This document shows positions 1 to 10,493 of a stretch of 64,000 nucleotides of DNA, piece after piece. Under the pieces are notes generated by a model. It was not told where the DNA came from. It searched no databases and saw only the letters and a program-made list of their open reading frames with translations. Within the stretch, counting starts at the first letter, position 1; each line of letters begins with the position of its first letter. The DNA comes from Candidatus Micrarchaeota archaeon (GTDB lineage Archaea > Micrarchaeota > Micrarchaeia > Anstonellales > Bilamarchaeaceae). The translations under genes and the position numbers were made by a program. The stretch is taken from assembly GCA_018812625.1 (NCBI GenBank), contig JAHJDH010000010.1, positions 918 to 64,917 on the forward strand, read 5' to 3'.

Positions 1-2
1 TA

Positions 3-119
3 CTTTATGGAGACTCGAATATAAGAACAAAAGAGGTTCATGAAGAGGAAGCTGATACTGCAATCAAGTTAGCAGAAGGATATGTCAAAATAGTTGAAAA
101 AATCACAAGGGGAGATTAA
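3..119 (+). CDS. 3' end of an unidentified CDS entering from the left edge (partial)
   Basis: Stop-free frame from the window edge to TAA at 117-119 (..AIKLAEGYVKIVEKITRGD*). It overlaps the TTG start of the next gene. No family recognised. Confidence 0.3.
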   Translation, partial: LYGDSNIRTKEVHEEEADTAIKLAEGYVKIVEKITRGD

Positions 120-1416
120 ATTGGACTTTGAGAAATTGCTTTCAAATTTTCATTATGCAGAATTGCGAATTGAAAAAAGTGTTGAATCCTCAGTAAACAT
201 CAAAGATGGAGAAATAAAACATTCCTCAGGCTCAAGTTATGGAATCAGCGTCAGAGTTTTAGAAAACGGATCATGGGGATTTGCTTCTGGAAATAGTGGA
301 ATAAATGTCCTTCTTGATAGGGCAAAACGCCTTGCGAAATTGAGCACTGGAGAAATCAAATTAACAGTTCCAAAGGCAGAAAAAAAACAGATTTCAGTAA
401 AACATGAGTTTGCAGAACCAGAGGAAAAGATCAAGGCTCTGCTTGAAGGGTCAAAGGCAATGGAAGGGGTAAGCTCAAGAATGCTTGGCTGTACTGATTT
501 GAAAAGCAAAGTTGAATTTTACAACTCTGCTGGAGCAGAGATAACTCAGGAATTAGGATACACTTATCTTTCCTGCTCATCCGTTGCAAAAGAAAATGGA
601 ATTATTCAAAGGGGGTCAGAGCGAGACTGGTCAAGAACTGGTTTTGATGAAATTAATACAGTAGAAACAGCAGAAAAAGCAAGCAAAAAAGCACTACGGC
701 TAGTTCGGGCAGCGCCTTCTCCAAAAGGCAGATTCACAGTGGTTCTAGACCCTGAGATGACAGGGGTATTTGCGCATGAAGCAGTTGGCCATGCCTGCGA
801 AGCAGATGCTGTTGTTGATAAAGAATCGATTCTTGCTGATAGTTCGGGAAAACCAATCGGAAATGAACTTGTAACAATTATTGATGACCCGCTTGCAGAA
901 GACTTTGGACAATACACATATGATGATGAGGGAGTCAAGGCAAAAACAACTGTTTTGATAGACCATGGAAAGGTAAACGAGTTCATAAATTCAATGGAAA
1001 CTGCAAACACTCTTGGAGCAGAGCTAAACGGACATGCAAGGGCAGAGGATTACTCTCAAGTTCCAATTGTAAGAATGAGCAATACATATTTCCAAAAAGG
1101 AGAAAGTTCAAAAGAAGAAGTATTTGAGCTCAAGAAAGGAGTTTACCTCAAAGGAATGAGAGGAGGAAGTGTAGACACATTTTCAGGCGGATTCATGTTT
1201 AAGGCAGAAGAAGCATATGAAATTTCAAATGGAGAGCTTGGAAAAATAATGCGCGATGTAACGATCACCGGAAACATCCTTCAAACTATGAAAGAGGTTG
1301 AAGCTGTTGGAAAAGACTTTGGAACTAGTCCAGGAATTTGCGGAAAATTTGGACAGGGAGTTCCTGTTAGCGACGGTGGACCACATATAAGAGTAGGGAA
1401 CATCACGATTGGCTGA
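94..1416 (+). CDS. tldD: TldD/PmbA-family zinc metalloprotease (TldD-like)
   Basis: 440 aa with an HEAVGHACE (HExxxH) motif, GGxxF/G-rich C-terminal region and overall TldD-like layout. TTG start as in the ORF track. Confidence 0.85.
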   Translation: MKKSQGEIKLDFEKLLSNFHYAELRIEKSVESSVNIKDGEIKHSSGSSYGISVRVLENGSWGFASGNSGINVLLDRAKRLAKLSTGEIKLTVPKAEKKQISVKHEFAEPEEKIKALLEGSKAMEGVSSRMLGCTDLKSKVEFYNSAGAEITQELGYTYLSCSSVAKENGIIQRGSERDWSRTGFDEINTVETAEKASKKALRLVRAAPSPKGRFTVVLDPEMTGVFAHEAVGHACEADAVVDKESILADSSGKPIGNELVTIIDDPLAEDFGQYTYDDEGVKAKTTVLIDHGKVNEFINSMETANTLGAELNGHARAEDYSQVPIVRMSNTYFQKGESSKEEVFELKKGVYLKGMRGGSVDTFSGGFMFKAEEAYEISNGELGKIMRDVTITGNILQTMKEVEAVGKDFGTSPGICGKFGQGVPVSDGGPHIRVGNITIG

Positions 1417-1454
1417 TCCAAAAGAAATATAATTCTTGAAACTAATTCTTTATC

Positions 1455-2615
1455 GTGTTCTGGGGGATGATAGCACAGCTAGGCTTAGGAATTTTGCTAG
1501 GCATTCTAAGTGGCCTACTCCCAGGACTGCATTCAAATACTGTAATTTCAGTTATTTCTTCTCTTGGCGTGGATAAGCAGGCACTCTCGATAATTATCAT
1601 CTCACTTTTTCCAGCAAACCTGATTACTTCTTTTATTCCATCAATATTTTTTGGAATTCCTGAAGCAGGAACAATTGTTGCGATTCTTCCAGGCCAGAGA
1701 ATGGTTCGCAAGGGACTTGGGATTCATGCACTGAAAACAGTAATGATTTCATGCGTTTTTGCTGTGCTGATTTCAATAGTAGTGTTCTACTTTTCACTTG
1801 ATCTGTTCCCAGTTATTTACGGGATGATTAGAGCACATATGAGGTACATTCTTCTGGCAATATCATTGATTTTGCTCCTTCGAAGCAAAGCTCCGCATCT
1901 TTCACTAATCATATTTTTGCTCTCTGGAGCTCTTGGATATTACTCACTAAACAGCGAGATGAGTGATCCGTTCTTGCCAATGTTCTCAGGAATGTTTGCA
2001 ATTGCCGCAATACTAAACTACTCAAAATCCATTTTTCCAAAGCAAATAGATGAACCGGTTAAAGTGGATTTTTTAAAATTCACATTAATTGGAGTGTTTT
2101 TGGGATTTATTGCTGATTTGATTCCAGGAGTCGGTTCTCCGGCCCAAATTGCAACATTTCTCAGCATTTTCATGCCACTGAATACTCTAGGGTATTTGGC
2201 AGCTATTAGTTCTATTTCGATAAGCCAGGCCATATTTTCTCTTGCAACAGCAGTATCACTAAATAAATCAAGAGTTGGGGCAACTGCATGGCTAAGCGGG
2301 AACATAAATATAGAATCAAACTTAGTACTGCTTTTGATATTATTTCTGATAAGTAGTAGCGCAACTGTTTTCATTATATTTATTTTCAGGAAAAAAATTG
2401 CTAAACTAGCAAGCCTTGATTTTTCAAAAATGAATATAATCTTAGCTATTTACCTGATTGCAATTACATTTGTAATAAATGGATTTGAAGGAGTATTTAT
2501 TCTCATAATTGGAAGTGGGGTTGGGCTACTGACAATAAAACTTGGAGTTGAAAGAATTACATTGATGGGGGCAATCATTGCCCCCACGTTGTTATTGCTT
2601 TTTGGAATAGGCTAA
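1455..2615 (+). CDS. Polytopic membrane protein, TctA/DUF112-like
   Basis: 386 aa and almost entirely hydrophobic. Repeated G(I/L)PG..G motifs (GIPEAGT, IPGVGSPAQ) are typical of the DUF112/TctA family. An ATG at 1467 is an alternative start. Confidence 0.6.
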   Translation: MFWGMIAQLGLGILLGILSGLLPGLHSNTVISVISSLGVDKQALSIIIISLFPANLITSFIPSIFFGIPEAGTIVAILPGQRMVRKGLGIHALKTVMISCVFAVLISIVVFYFSLDLFPVIYGMIRAHMRYILLAISLILLLRSKAPHLSLIIFLLSGALGYYSLNSEMSDPFLPMFSGMFAIAAILNYSKSIFPKQIDEPVKVDFLKFTLIGVFLGFIADLIPGVGSPAQIATFLSIFMPLNTLGYLAAISSISISQAIFSLATAVSLNKSRVGATAWLSGNINIESNLVLLLILFLISSSATVFIIFIFRKKIAKLASLDFSKMNIILAIYLIAITFVINGFEGVFILIIGSGVGLLTIKLGVERITLMGAIIAPTLLLLFGIG

Positions 2616-3928
2616 AGAGACTGCTCTACTCCAATATTATAGGTTGGATCTTCAGAAACCCATCGCTTCAGCCTGATTTCGCCGAGCTCGGATTTTCCGC
2701 TAGGTTTGGTAACTTTCCAGTTGGAAACTTCGATTCGGATAGACAAACTGCTTGCCGGAGTATCAAAGACAGCAGGATAGCCATCAGTCCCGTTTACTGT
2801 TGGTTGTGCCTGATCATCCTTCCAAACCAAAGTAAGATCAAACGGATTTGCCGGATCGAAAAAGGAATTGTCAGGAGATTGAGAAGCATTTGCATAGGTA
2901 AGCCTTCCATGCTCATTAACCGTGAAATATGCACGTTCTGTAGAGCCTTCAAAACCTTCCGTTGAATTTCTATAGTAGCCGGAATCTCCAGTTCCTCCCC
3001 AATTTGGATGTTTAAGATCGAAAAATTCTAACTTCACTGGAGGAGAAAAGGTTTCTTTAGTTGCAATAGCATGCTCACAGGAATAAACAGTGGATGACTT
3101 TGCCTCAATCTGGAAAATGCCTCCATTTATGGAAAAGTTTTGCGTCCCGCAGTTTCCAGGATCAGATCCAGTATCAACGCTCCATTTAGACATGTCCAAA
3201 ACAGGTGCTTCAAAGTCTTCAAAGAATAAAAATGCAGCTTCTCCACTGGATTGGTTTTGAATAGCAGGGTTCCCATATGCAAATGCATAACTAAGCTCAT
3301 CAGGAGTTTCTGATCTTACAAAAACAGTATCGCCATCAACAAAAAATCCGCGCTCAGAATCTGGAGCCTCGCAGGTTCCAGATAGTACAGTTAGAGTTTC
3401 AAAATCAACTTGATTCCCGCTGAAGCTTATTTCGTGAGTATAATCACTAGGAAGAGTAACTGCATCACTGCTTGTCACTGTTCGGCAGAACGAATAACCT
3501 GCAAGAACAGAATTGGAATCAGAAGCAGAATCTTGAGTAGCATCAACTGAAGAGTCAGTTGCATCGACAATACTTGAATCAACTGTAGCATCTACAGCAG
3601 AATCCAGCATTGGAGAGTCATGCCCTGGAGCATCCACTACTGGACTGTCTGGAACATCATGAGCAGCATCTTTTGGACCAGATTCAAGTGCAGCTTCTGG
3701 TGCAGAATCTTTGGGCGTTTCACTATCAACTGCACCAGCATCAGATTGGAAGTGGTCGGCGGATGCATCAGCTGCAAGAGATCCAGATGTCTGAAACTTG
3801 TCACCGCCGCATGAAATTAAATTGCAGCAGATAATAGCTTCAACTGCTAGTTTAGAAACAGAATTAAATTTTTGCTTGTTTTTTCTTCTTTCTTTTTTTT
3901 CAGGAGTTCTTGGTTTTGTAAAATTCAT
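2612..3928 (-). CDS. Secreted lipoprotein-like protein: acidic D/S/A-rich low-complexity linker plus C-terminal beta-jelly-roll (LamG/GH16-like) domain
   Basis: N-terminal basic segment, then a hydrophobic helix and LISCGG lipobox-like Cys. About 100 aa of degenerate DSxVDAT-type repeats follow. The C-terminal half (LDMSKWSVD..GGIFQIEA..) resembles concanavalin-like lectin/glucanase folds. Confidence 0.6.
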   Translation of the reverse strand: MNFTKPRTPEKKERRKNKQKFNSVSKLAVEAIICCNLISCGGDKFQTSGSLAADASADHFQSDAGAVDSETPKDSAPEAALESGPKDAAHDVPDSPVVDAPGHDSPMLDSAVDATVDSSIVDATDSSVDATQDSASDSNSVLAGYSFCRTVTSSDAVTLPSDYTHEISFSGNQVDFETLTVLSGTCEAPDSERGFFVDGDTVFVRSETPDELSYAFAYGNPAIQNQSSGEAAFLFFEDFEAPVLDMSKWSVDTGSDPGNCGTQNFSINGGIFQIEAKSSTVYSCEHAIATKETFSPPVKLEFFDLKHPNWGGTGDSGYYRNSTEGFEGSTERAYFTVNEHGRLTYANASQSPDNSFFDPANPFDLTLVWKDDQAQPTVNGTDGYPAVFDTPASSLSIRIEVSNWKVTKPSGKSELGEIRLKRWVSEDPTYNIGVEQSL

Positions 3929-3945
3929 AACTATTCCTCATGTTT

Positions 3946-3961
3946 ATGGGAATTTTCCCAT
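3946..3961. promoter_or_regulatory. 7-2-7 inverted repeat ATGGGAA-TT-TTCCCAT, upstream of the secreted-protein gene
   Basis: Perfect 7-bp arms read directly from the sequence, 18-33 nt upstream of the ATG at 3928. A second TCCC-GT-GGGA element lies at 4002-4011. Confidence 0.3.
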
Positions 3962-4081
3962 TTTAGCATGTGAATTAACACCAAACCTTGTTATTAAAAA
4001 TTCCCGTGGGATTTCCTGTAAATCGTGGAAAAAGTAGCGCAACCATACAGATATTGTTTTTTATCGAGGAGAAAAAATTAA

Positions 4082-7000
4082 CTATTTTGAATATTGATCA
4101 AAAGGCCTTAGTTCAAGTTCACTTTCTCTAAGGATATGTATTGCTTTTAGAAGTTCAAATACAGTATTGATACTAGTAATGCATGGAATCCCATTCTGAA
4201 TGCTGGCGCGTCTCATCTTGAATCCATCAGTATGAGAAAGTCCTCCTTTTGTTGGAGTATTAATCACTAGATTCACTATCCCAGATTCTATAAGTTCGAG
4301 TGCATTAGGTGTACCGCGCCCAATCTTTGGGACAGTTATTGCACCCTCAATACTGCCAACAGTACCAATTGTTCCATAAATCTTAAATCCTAAATTTTTG
4401 AGAAGACCTGCCAGCTCTGGAACTTTTTCTTTATCCGAATCATTGAGGCTAATGAATGCTGCAGGCTTATCATGATCTAAAGAAACTCCGGCTGCTAAAA
4501 GTGCTTTGAAATAAGCCATTTCAAAGGTTTTTCCAATGCCCATAGTTTCACCGGTACTGCGCATCTCAGGACCTAATTTAATATCTGTTCCTATGAGCTT
4601 GAGGAATGGGAATACAACGCTTTTGACTGCATAGTGATTTAGTTTGGGATCAAGATTTGGAAGCGGCTTTCCAACCATCATGTGAACTGCGAGTTTTGCA
4701 AGTGGAATGTCAGTTGTTTTGCTGACAAATGGAACAGTCCTGCTTGCTCTTGGGTTTGCTTCAAGGATATAGATTACACCTTCCTTTGCTACAAATTGGA
4801 TGTTTACAAGCCCAACTATAGAAAGCCCATGTGCAATTTTTTCAGTATAATCAGTTATGATTTGTTTTTCATTATCGCTCAGGCGCATGGATGGAAGAGC
4901 GATATTTGCATCACCAGAATGAATTCCTGCAGGCTCAATGTGTTCCATTATTCCCCCAATGAAAACATTTTTTCCATCACTAATTGCATCCACTTCGCAT
5001 TCAATTGCATTGTCAAGATATTTGTCGATCAAAATCGGCTTTTTTTCAGTAAGCTCTACTGCTTCCTTGACATAACGACGAAGTTCTGCCCCATTGTAAA
5101 CGATTTCCATTGCACGCCCGGCAATAACATAGCTTGGACGAACAACAACTGGATAGCCTATTTTTGCAGCTATAATTAGTGCATCTGATTCGCAATATGC
5201 AATCCCATTTTCAGGCTGGGGGATTCCAAGTTCGATCATCAATTTGGCAAAACGATCCCGGTCCTCAGCAAGGTCAATACCGTCAATCGAAGTTCCTAAA
5301 ATTTTTGCACCTGCCTTTGATAGTGCATCTGCAATATTGATACTTGTCTGGCCTCCAAGCTGAACAATAACTCCTTCTGGAGATTCGTTTTCAACAATAT
5401 TCATGACATCCTCAAATGTCAGTGGCTCAAAATACAGCCTATCGCTTGAATCAAAATCAGTGCTGACAGTCTCTGGATTGTTGTTGATCATGATGCTCTT
5501 ATAGCCAAGTTCGCGAAGGGCAAATGCTGCGTGAGAGCAGCAATAGTCAAATTCGATTCCCTGTCCGATTCGAATGGGGCCTGCCCCAATAACAATTACG
5601 CTTTTTTCTTTTATTGGAATTGCCTCGTTTTCTCCCTCATAAACAGAATAATAGTAAGGAGTCAAAGCCTCAAATTCCCCTGCACATGAATCCACGATTT
5701 TATAGGTCGGAAGAATATTGTATGATTTTCGAAGGTTTCGAATTTCAAGCTCATCTTTTCCAATGAAACTACCGATCTGCAAATCCGAAAAACCAGATTG
5801 TTTTGCTTCAAGCAAAAGATCTTTTGTAAAATTTTTCTGAAGTTGTTTTTCAAGTTTTACCATTTCTTCAAACCTACGAAGAAACCATTTGTTGATTTTG
5901 GTAATTTCATAAAGCTCTTCAACTTGGCGTCCATGGCGAAATGATTCTAAAATCGCAAAAAGCCTAAGATCAGTTGCAGGATTCAGATGTTCATCTGGAT
6001 TGATTTTTGGAATTTTTATTTCAAGACAGCGGATTGCTTTATTTACTGCCTCTTGGAAAGTTCTTCCAATTGCCATAACCTCTCCAGTGCTTTTCATCTG
6101 AGTTCCTATTACTCGGGATGTTTTTGGAAATTTGTCGAATGGCCATCTTGGGATTTTAATAACGCAATAATCCAAAGCAGGTTCAAATGAAGCAGAAGTT
6201 CCTGTGATTGCATTTTTTATATCAGAAAGTTTTTTTCCAAGTGCAATCTTGGTTGCAACCTGTGCAATTGGATAGCCAGTTGCTTTTGAAGCAAGAGCAG
6301 ATGACCTTGAGAGCCTAGGGTTTATTTCAATTACGATAAATTCCCCCGTATCTTGATTCATTGAGAACTGAACATTGCATCCGCCTTTGATGCCCACAGC
6401 ATCCACAATTTTAAGAGCAGCATTTCGAAGAACCTGATGATCAGCATCGCTAAGTGTTTGGGATGGTGCAACAACAATGCTTTCTCCAGTATGCACTCCC
6501 ATTGGATCAATATTTTCCATATTGCAGATTATCTGAGAGTTTCCATCAGAATCACGGATTACTTCGTATTCGAATTCGCCCCACCCAAGTGCGCTTTGCT
6601 CAACCAAAGCTTCTCCAGTAGCACTCAAACGAAATGCATACTCAAGGATTTGTTCGAGCTCTTTTGCATTGTTTGCAGTTCCGCCGCCAGTTCCTCCAAG
6701 AGTAAATGAAGGCCTTATGATAAGCGGATAACCAATTGTATCTGCAAACTGCTTTGCCTGCTCAAAGCTGGAAACAACTTTTCCAGGAAGTATCGGAATT
6801 CCAATTTCTTTCATTAGGTTGTTGAATTTTTCTCTGGATTCTGCAACTTCAATTGAATTTGCATCAGTTCCAAGAAACTTGACATTGTGTTTTTTGAGAA
6901 CCCCGCTTTTCTCAAGCTGCATAGATATATTCAGTCCTGTTTGCCCACCAACAGTGGCAACTAGGGCATCTGGCTTTTCCGTTTCAATAATTTTCTCAAG

Positions 7001-7198
7001 GACAGGGGCAGTAAGAGGCTCGATGTAAATGATATCTGCAGTTTCCTTGTCGGTTTGTATAGTTGCAGGATTGGAATTGACAAGGACCACTACATGCCCT
7101 TCGCCTCGAAGTGCTTTGCATGCCTGAGTTCCTGAGTAGTCGAACTCAGCGCTCTGTCCTATAACAATTGGTCCGGAACCAATTACCAGTACTTTCAT
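4082..7198 (-). CDS. carB: Carbamoyl-phosphate synthase large subunit
   Basis: 1038 aa with duplicated ATP-grasp halves, an N-terminal MKVLVIGSGPIVIGQ..EFDYSG signature and a C-terminal MGS-like domain. Directly abuts carA. Confidence 0.95.
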   Translation of the reverse strand: MKVLVIGSGPIVIGQSAEFDYSGTQACKALRGEGHVVVLVNSNPATIQTDKETADIIYIEPLTAPVLEKIIETEKPDALVATVGGQTGLNISMQLEKSGVLKKHNVKFLGTDANSIEVAESREKFNNLMKEIGIPILPGKVVSSFEQAKQFADTIGYPLIIRPSFTLGGTGGGTANNAKELEQILEYAFRLSATGEALVEQSALGWGEFEYEVIRDSDGNSQIICNMENIDPMGVHTGESIVVAPSQTLSDADHQVLRNAALKIVDAVGIKGGCNVQFSMNQDTGEFIVIEINPRLSRSSALASKATGYPIAQVATKIALGKKLSDIKNAITGTSASFEPALDYCVIKIPRWPFDKFPKTSRVIGTQMKSTGEVMAIGRTFQEAVNKAIRCLEIKIPKINPDEHLNPATDLRLFAILESFRHGRQVEELYEITKINKWFLRRFEEMVKLEKQLQKNFTKDLLLEAKQSGFSDLQIGSFIGKDELEIRNLRKSYNILPTYKIVDSCAGEFEALTPYYYSVYEGENEAIPIKEKSVIVIGAGPIRIGQGIEFDYCCSHAAFALRELGYKSIMINNNPETVSTDFDSSDRLYFEPLTFEDVMNIVENESPEGVIVQLGGQTSINIADALSKAGAKILGTSIDGIDLAEDRDRFAKLMIELGIPQPENGIAYCESDALIIAAKIGYPVVVRPSYVIAGRAMEIVYNGAELRRYVKEAVELTEKKPILIDKYLDNAIECEVDAISDGKNVFIGGIMEHIEPAGIHSGDANIALPSMRLSDNEKQIITDYTEKIAHGLSIVGLVNIQFVAKEGVIYILEANPRASRTVPFVSKTTDIPLAKLAVHMMVGKPLPNLDPKLNHYAVKSVVFPFLKLIGTDIKLGPEMRSTGETMGIGKTFEMAYFKALLAAGVSLDHDKPAAFISLNDSDKEKVPELAGLLKNLGFKIYGTIGTVGSIEGAITVPKIGRGTPNALELIESGIVNLVINTPTKGGLSHTDGFKMRRASIQNGIPCITSINTVFELLKAIHILRESELELRPFDQYSK

Positions 7199-8269
7199 TT
7201 AGATCATCTTCAAAAACTCATCAAAGAGATACTTTGAATCGTGGGGGCCTGGAGCGGCTTCAGGATGGTACTGGACTGAGAGTATTGCCTTGTTTTTATT
7301 GCACATTCCTTCAACAGTTTTATCATTTAGATTTATGTGAGAAAGATCAAATCCATCTGGAATTTTATCGACTGCAAATCCGTGATTTTGAGTTGTGATT
7401 GAGATTTTTTGTGTGAGAATATCAATTACGGCATGATTTGATCCGCGATGTCCGAATTTCAATTTTTTGGTTGATCCTCCGTATGCATGGGCAATTAATT
7501 GATGACCAAGACAGATTGCAAAAATCGGGCATGAGCCCCCAAGTTCAGCAATTGTTTTGTGAGCATATGTTGGAACAGCAGGGTCACCTGGACCATTTGA
7601 TAGCATTATTCCTTCAGGCTCAAGTGAGCTCACTTCTTCTGCGCTAGAAGTTGCAGGAAGAACATGAACCTCGCAATTGCGCGTAACCAGTTCACGGACA
7701 ATTCCCATCTTTGCCCCATAATCAATGAGAACAATTTTTCGCCCCTTTCCATAAACCTGAGGTTTTTTTACGCATGCATTCTTGACAAAGTCAACGCCTG
7801 AATAATCAAAGCTCTCAAGATCTTTTTTGATTTTTTCAATATCCAAAGTATCAGTATAAGTTGCAATTGCAGATGGCACGACTCCATGATTTCGTATGCG
7901 CCGCACTATCTGCCGAGTATCTATCCCATATATTCCAGGAGTATTGTTTTGCTTTAGAAAATCATCCAGGTAACTAGAACACGTCCTGTGTTCTGCATCA
8001 AAACTGCAACTGCGAACAACAAAGCCTTGTGGATGAATTTTTTTGCTCTCAAAATCAGTATCATTAATCCCATAGTTTCCAATGAGCGGATATGTCATAA
8101 GAAGGATTTGTCCTCCGTAGCTTGGATCAGTTAGAGCTTCCTGATACCCAGTCATGGATGTATTGAAAACAAGTTCTCCCTGAGAAATGGCAGAAGCTCC
8201 AAAGCCATTTCCATGGAAGACTGTGCCATCTTGCAGTATTAATGCTGCCTTTAATTTTTCCGATTTCAT
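7199..8269 (-). CDS. carA: Carbamoyl-phosphate synthase small (glutaminase) subunit
   Basis: 356 aa. The class I amidotransferase motif GICLGHQL appears here as FAICLGHQLIA. HPE triad near the C-terminus. Stop is adjacent to the carB start. Confidence 0.95.
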   Translation of the reverse strand: MKSEKLKAALILQDGTVFHGNGFGASAISQGELVFNTSMTGYQEALTDPSYGGQILLMTYPLIGNYGINDTDFESKKIHPQGFVVRSCSFDAEHRTCSSYLDDFLKQNNTPGIYGIDTRQIVRRIRNHGVVPSAIATYTDTLDIEKIKKDLESFDYSGVDFVKNACVKKPQVYGKGRKIVLIDYGAKMGIVRELVTRNCEVHVLPATSSAEEVSSLEPEGIMLSNGPGDPAVPTYAHKTIAELGGSCPIFAICLGHQLIAHAYGGSTKKLKFGHRGSNHAVIDILTQKISITTQNHGFAVDKIPDGFDLSHINLNDKTVEGMCNKNKAILSVQYHPEAAPGPHDSKYLFDEFLKMI

Positions 8270-8333
8270 GTAGAACTAGGACATATTAACTCCATGAAAC
8301 TTTTTAATAGTAGCGAAAAAATAAAGAAAAAAA

Positions 8334-9230
8334 TTATTTTGAAAGCAGTTTTATCATGAGAGCTTCCTGTGCCCACATTCTATTTTCAGCCTGGTCCCAA
8401 ACTGCAGCATACTTACCATCCATAATACTGTCTGAGATTTCTTCGCCCCTGTGAGCAGGAAGACAATGAAGTACAATAGCATCAGACTTTGCCTGTGCTA
8501 AAAGCTCATCATTGACCTGGTATGCTTTGAGATCTTCAAGACGTTTTTGCTTCTCTGCCTCATCGCCCATGGAAACCCAAACATCTGTGTATATGACATC
8601 AGCATCCTTTACTGCATACGCTGGGTCTGACGTAACTTCTACTTTAGCACCTGTTTTTTGGACTTCTTCGAGATATTCTGCTGAAGGGTGATATCCATCT
8701 GGACCGCATAGAACAACATGCATGCCGTATCGTGCTGCAATGAGCATAAGGGAATTTGCAACATTGTTTGCAGCATCACCGATATAGACCAATTTTCCAT
8801 TTTGCTTCCCGTGCTCAAGAATAGTCTGCATATCAGCAAGTGCCTGGCAAGGATGTTCAACGTCAGTAAGAGCATTAATAACAGGAACAGTTGCATATTT
8901 TGCAATTTCCTCAAGATCAGTGTGCTTGAAGAGTCTCGCGCTAATTACATCGCAATATCTGGAGAGAACTCTCGCAGTATCTGCCATGGTTTCGCCTCTT
9001 GAAATTTGAGAGGTTTTGAAATCCATGACAATGCAGTGTCCACCTACGTTTTCAATTGCAGTTTCAAAAGACAAACGAGTTCTTGTAGATGGTTTCTCAT
9101 AAAGCGAGATCAAAACCTTTCCCTTGAGATCCTCTCTTTTCCTATTTCCTTCCTTTTTCAAGCTTTGTGCAAGGTCAACTACTTCCTTCATCAAAGCATG
9201 ATCCATTTCTTTTATTGTCAATAAACTCAT
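8334..9230 (-). CDS. argF: Ornithine carbamoyltransferase
   Basis: 298 aa with STRTRLSFE (carbamoyl-phosphate site), DVWVSMG and HCLPAHRGEE motifs. These are diagnostic of OTCase rather than ATCase. Confidence 0.85.
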   Translation of the reverse strand: MSLLTIKEMDHALMKEVVDLAQSLKKEGNRKREDLKGKVLISLYEKPSTRTRLSFETAIENVGGHCIVMDFKTSQISRGETMADTARVLSRYCDVISARLFKHTDLEEIAKYATVPVINALTDVEHPCQALADMQTILEHGKQNGKLVYIGDAANNVANSLMLIAARYGMHVVLCGPDGYHPSAEYLEEVQKTGAKVEVTSDPAYAVKDADVIYTDVWVSMGDEAEKQKRLEDLKAYQVNDELLAQAKSDAIVLHCLPAHRGEEISDSIMDGKYAAVWDQAENRMWAQEALMIKLLSK

Positions 9231-9381
9231 ACTATACGCCTCGAAAAGTAAAAACTAGAAACACCTTTCTCGGCTTTTGTTTATAAAGATTAAGTAGTCA
9301 AATTTGGAATTGTAGGACAAACTCATAAATTTAAATAACTTTGTTCTCACTAATGTACTCTATACTTTTTGAGGTATATTC

Positions 9382-9687
9382 ATGACTAAAGTAAGAATTA
9401 AACTCAGTGGAGAGGATTCAGCGGCTCTTGATAATGTAGTTTCACAAATAAGAAATCTTGCAGACACCCTTAGTATGAAATTTATTGGTCCTGTAAGACT
9501 CCCAAGAAGAACACTCTCGATCTCAACAAGAAAAACACCTTGTGGAGACGGAACAGACACATATGAACTATGGGAAAAGAGAGTTTTCAAAAGACTTTGT
9601 GATATTGAAGGAGACGAGAAATACATTAAGCAAGTCCTTAGAATCAAAGTCCCAACAAACGTTTTTGTCAAGATTTCAATCAGCTAA
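9382..9687 (+). CDS. rps10: 30S ribosomal protein uS10
   Basis: 101 aa. RIKLSG..LD..V..I..A, GPVRLPRR, TRKTPCGDGT..YE.WE.R.FKRL match archaeal S10. Confidence 0.9.
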   Translation: MTKVRIKLSGEDSAALDNVVSQIRNLADTLSMKFIGPVRLPRRTLSISTRKTPCGDGTDTYELWEKRVFKRLCDIEGDEKYIKQVLRIKVPTNVFVKISIS

Positions 9688-9720
9688 TTTTTAAGGAAAA
9701 AAGGTGCAAGTGCACCAATA

Positions 9721-10401
9721 CTATTTCTTTTGCATAAACGATAGAAGTCTCTGTGCAAGATTAGTTGCAGGCATTGTTTGAAGCCAGACCTTACCAGGTC
9801 CTTTCATAACTGCAAGAAACATTCCTTCTCCGCCGAACATTATATTGCGAACTCCCTTTACCATAGTAACATCATAATCAACAGTAGGCTCAAACATAGC
9901 AAGAGAACCAGTATCAACTTTCAGGATTTCGCCCTCTTTAAGATCAATTTCAGAAACTTCACCATCAATTTCTACAAATGCCATTCCTGACCCAGTTAAT
10001 TTTTGCAAACTGAATCCTTCTCCTCCAAAGAAACCAACTGTCAGTTTTTTCTTAAAAACAGTTTTAACAGCAACTTCTGTTTGTGCTGCTAAAAAAGAAT
10101 CTTTTTGGCAGATTATTGGCTTTTCTGGAGTGATTTTAATAGGAAGTATCTTACCTGGAAAGGATGGAGAAAAAGTAACTGTTCCAGGATCTTCCCCAGT
10201 TACTGAAAATCTTACAGTGAATAGGGATTCTCCGGAAAACACCCTGCCTAGTCCACCGCCAATTCCGCCGTGGATGGATGAATGCATATCAACATTGCCA
10301 GTCATCCAGGACATTGCACCAGACTCGGCATATACTTCTTCTCCCTCATTTAATTGAACTGTTAAAACCTGCATTACAGTGCCTTCGATTTTGTATTTCA
10401 T
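9721..10401 (-). CDS. AIM24/DUF124 (TIGR00266) family protein
   Basis: MKYKIEG..VL.V.L..GE.VYAESGAM.WM N-terminus and a repetitive beta-rich body are typical of the family. The ATG at 10401 is preferred over the GTG at 10416. Confidence 0.75.
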   Translation of the reverse strand: MKYKIEGTVMQVLTVQLNEGEEVYAESGAMSWMTGNVDMHSSIHGGIGGGLGRVFSGESLFTVRFSVTGEDPGTVTFSPSFPGKILPIKITPEKPIICQKDSFLAAQTEVAVKTVFKKKLTVGFFGGEGFSLQKLTGSGMAFVEIDGEVSEIDLKEGEILKVDTGSLAMFEPTVDYDVTMVKGVRNIMFGGEGMFLAVMKGPGKVWLQTMPATNLAQRLLSFMQKK

Positions 10402-10493
10402 AGAGAATTCATCCACACAGAAAGTTATTTAAGCAAGACGCTCAAATATTCTAGCTACGTCTTATATTAGAATTATTTACATTAGGTGTATTA

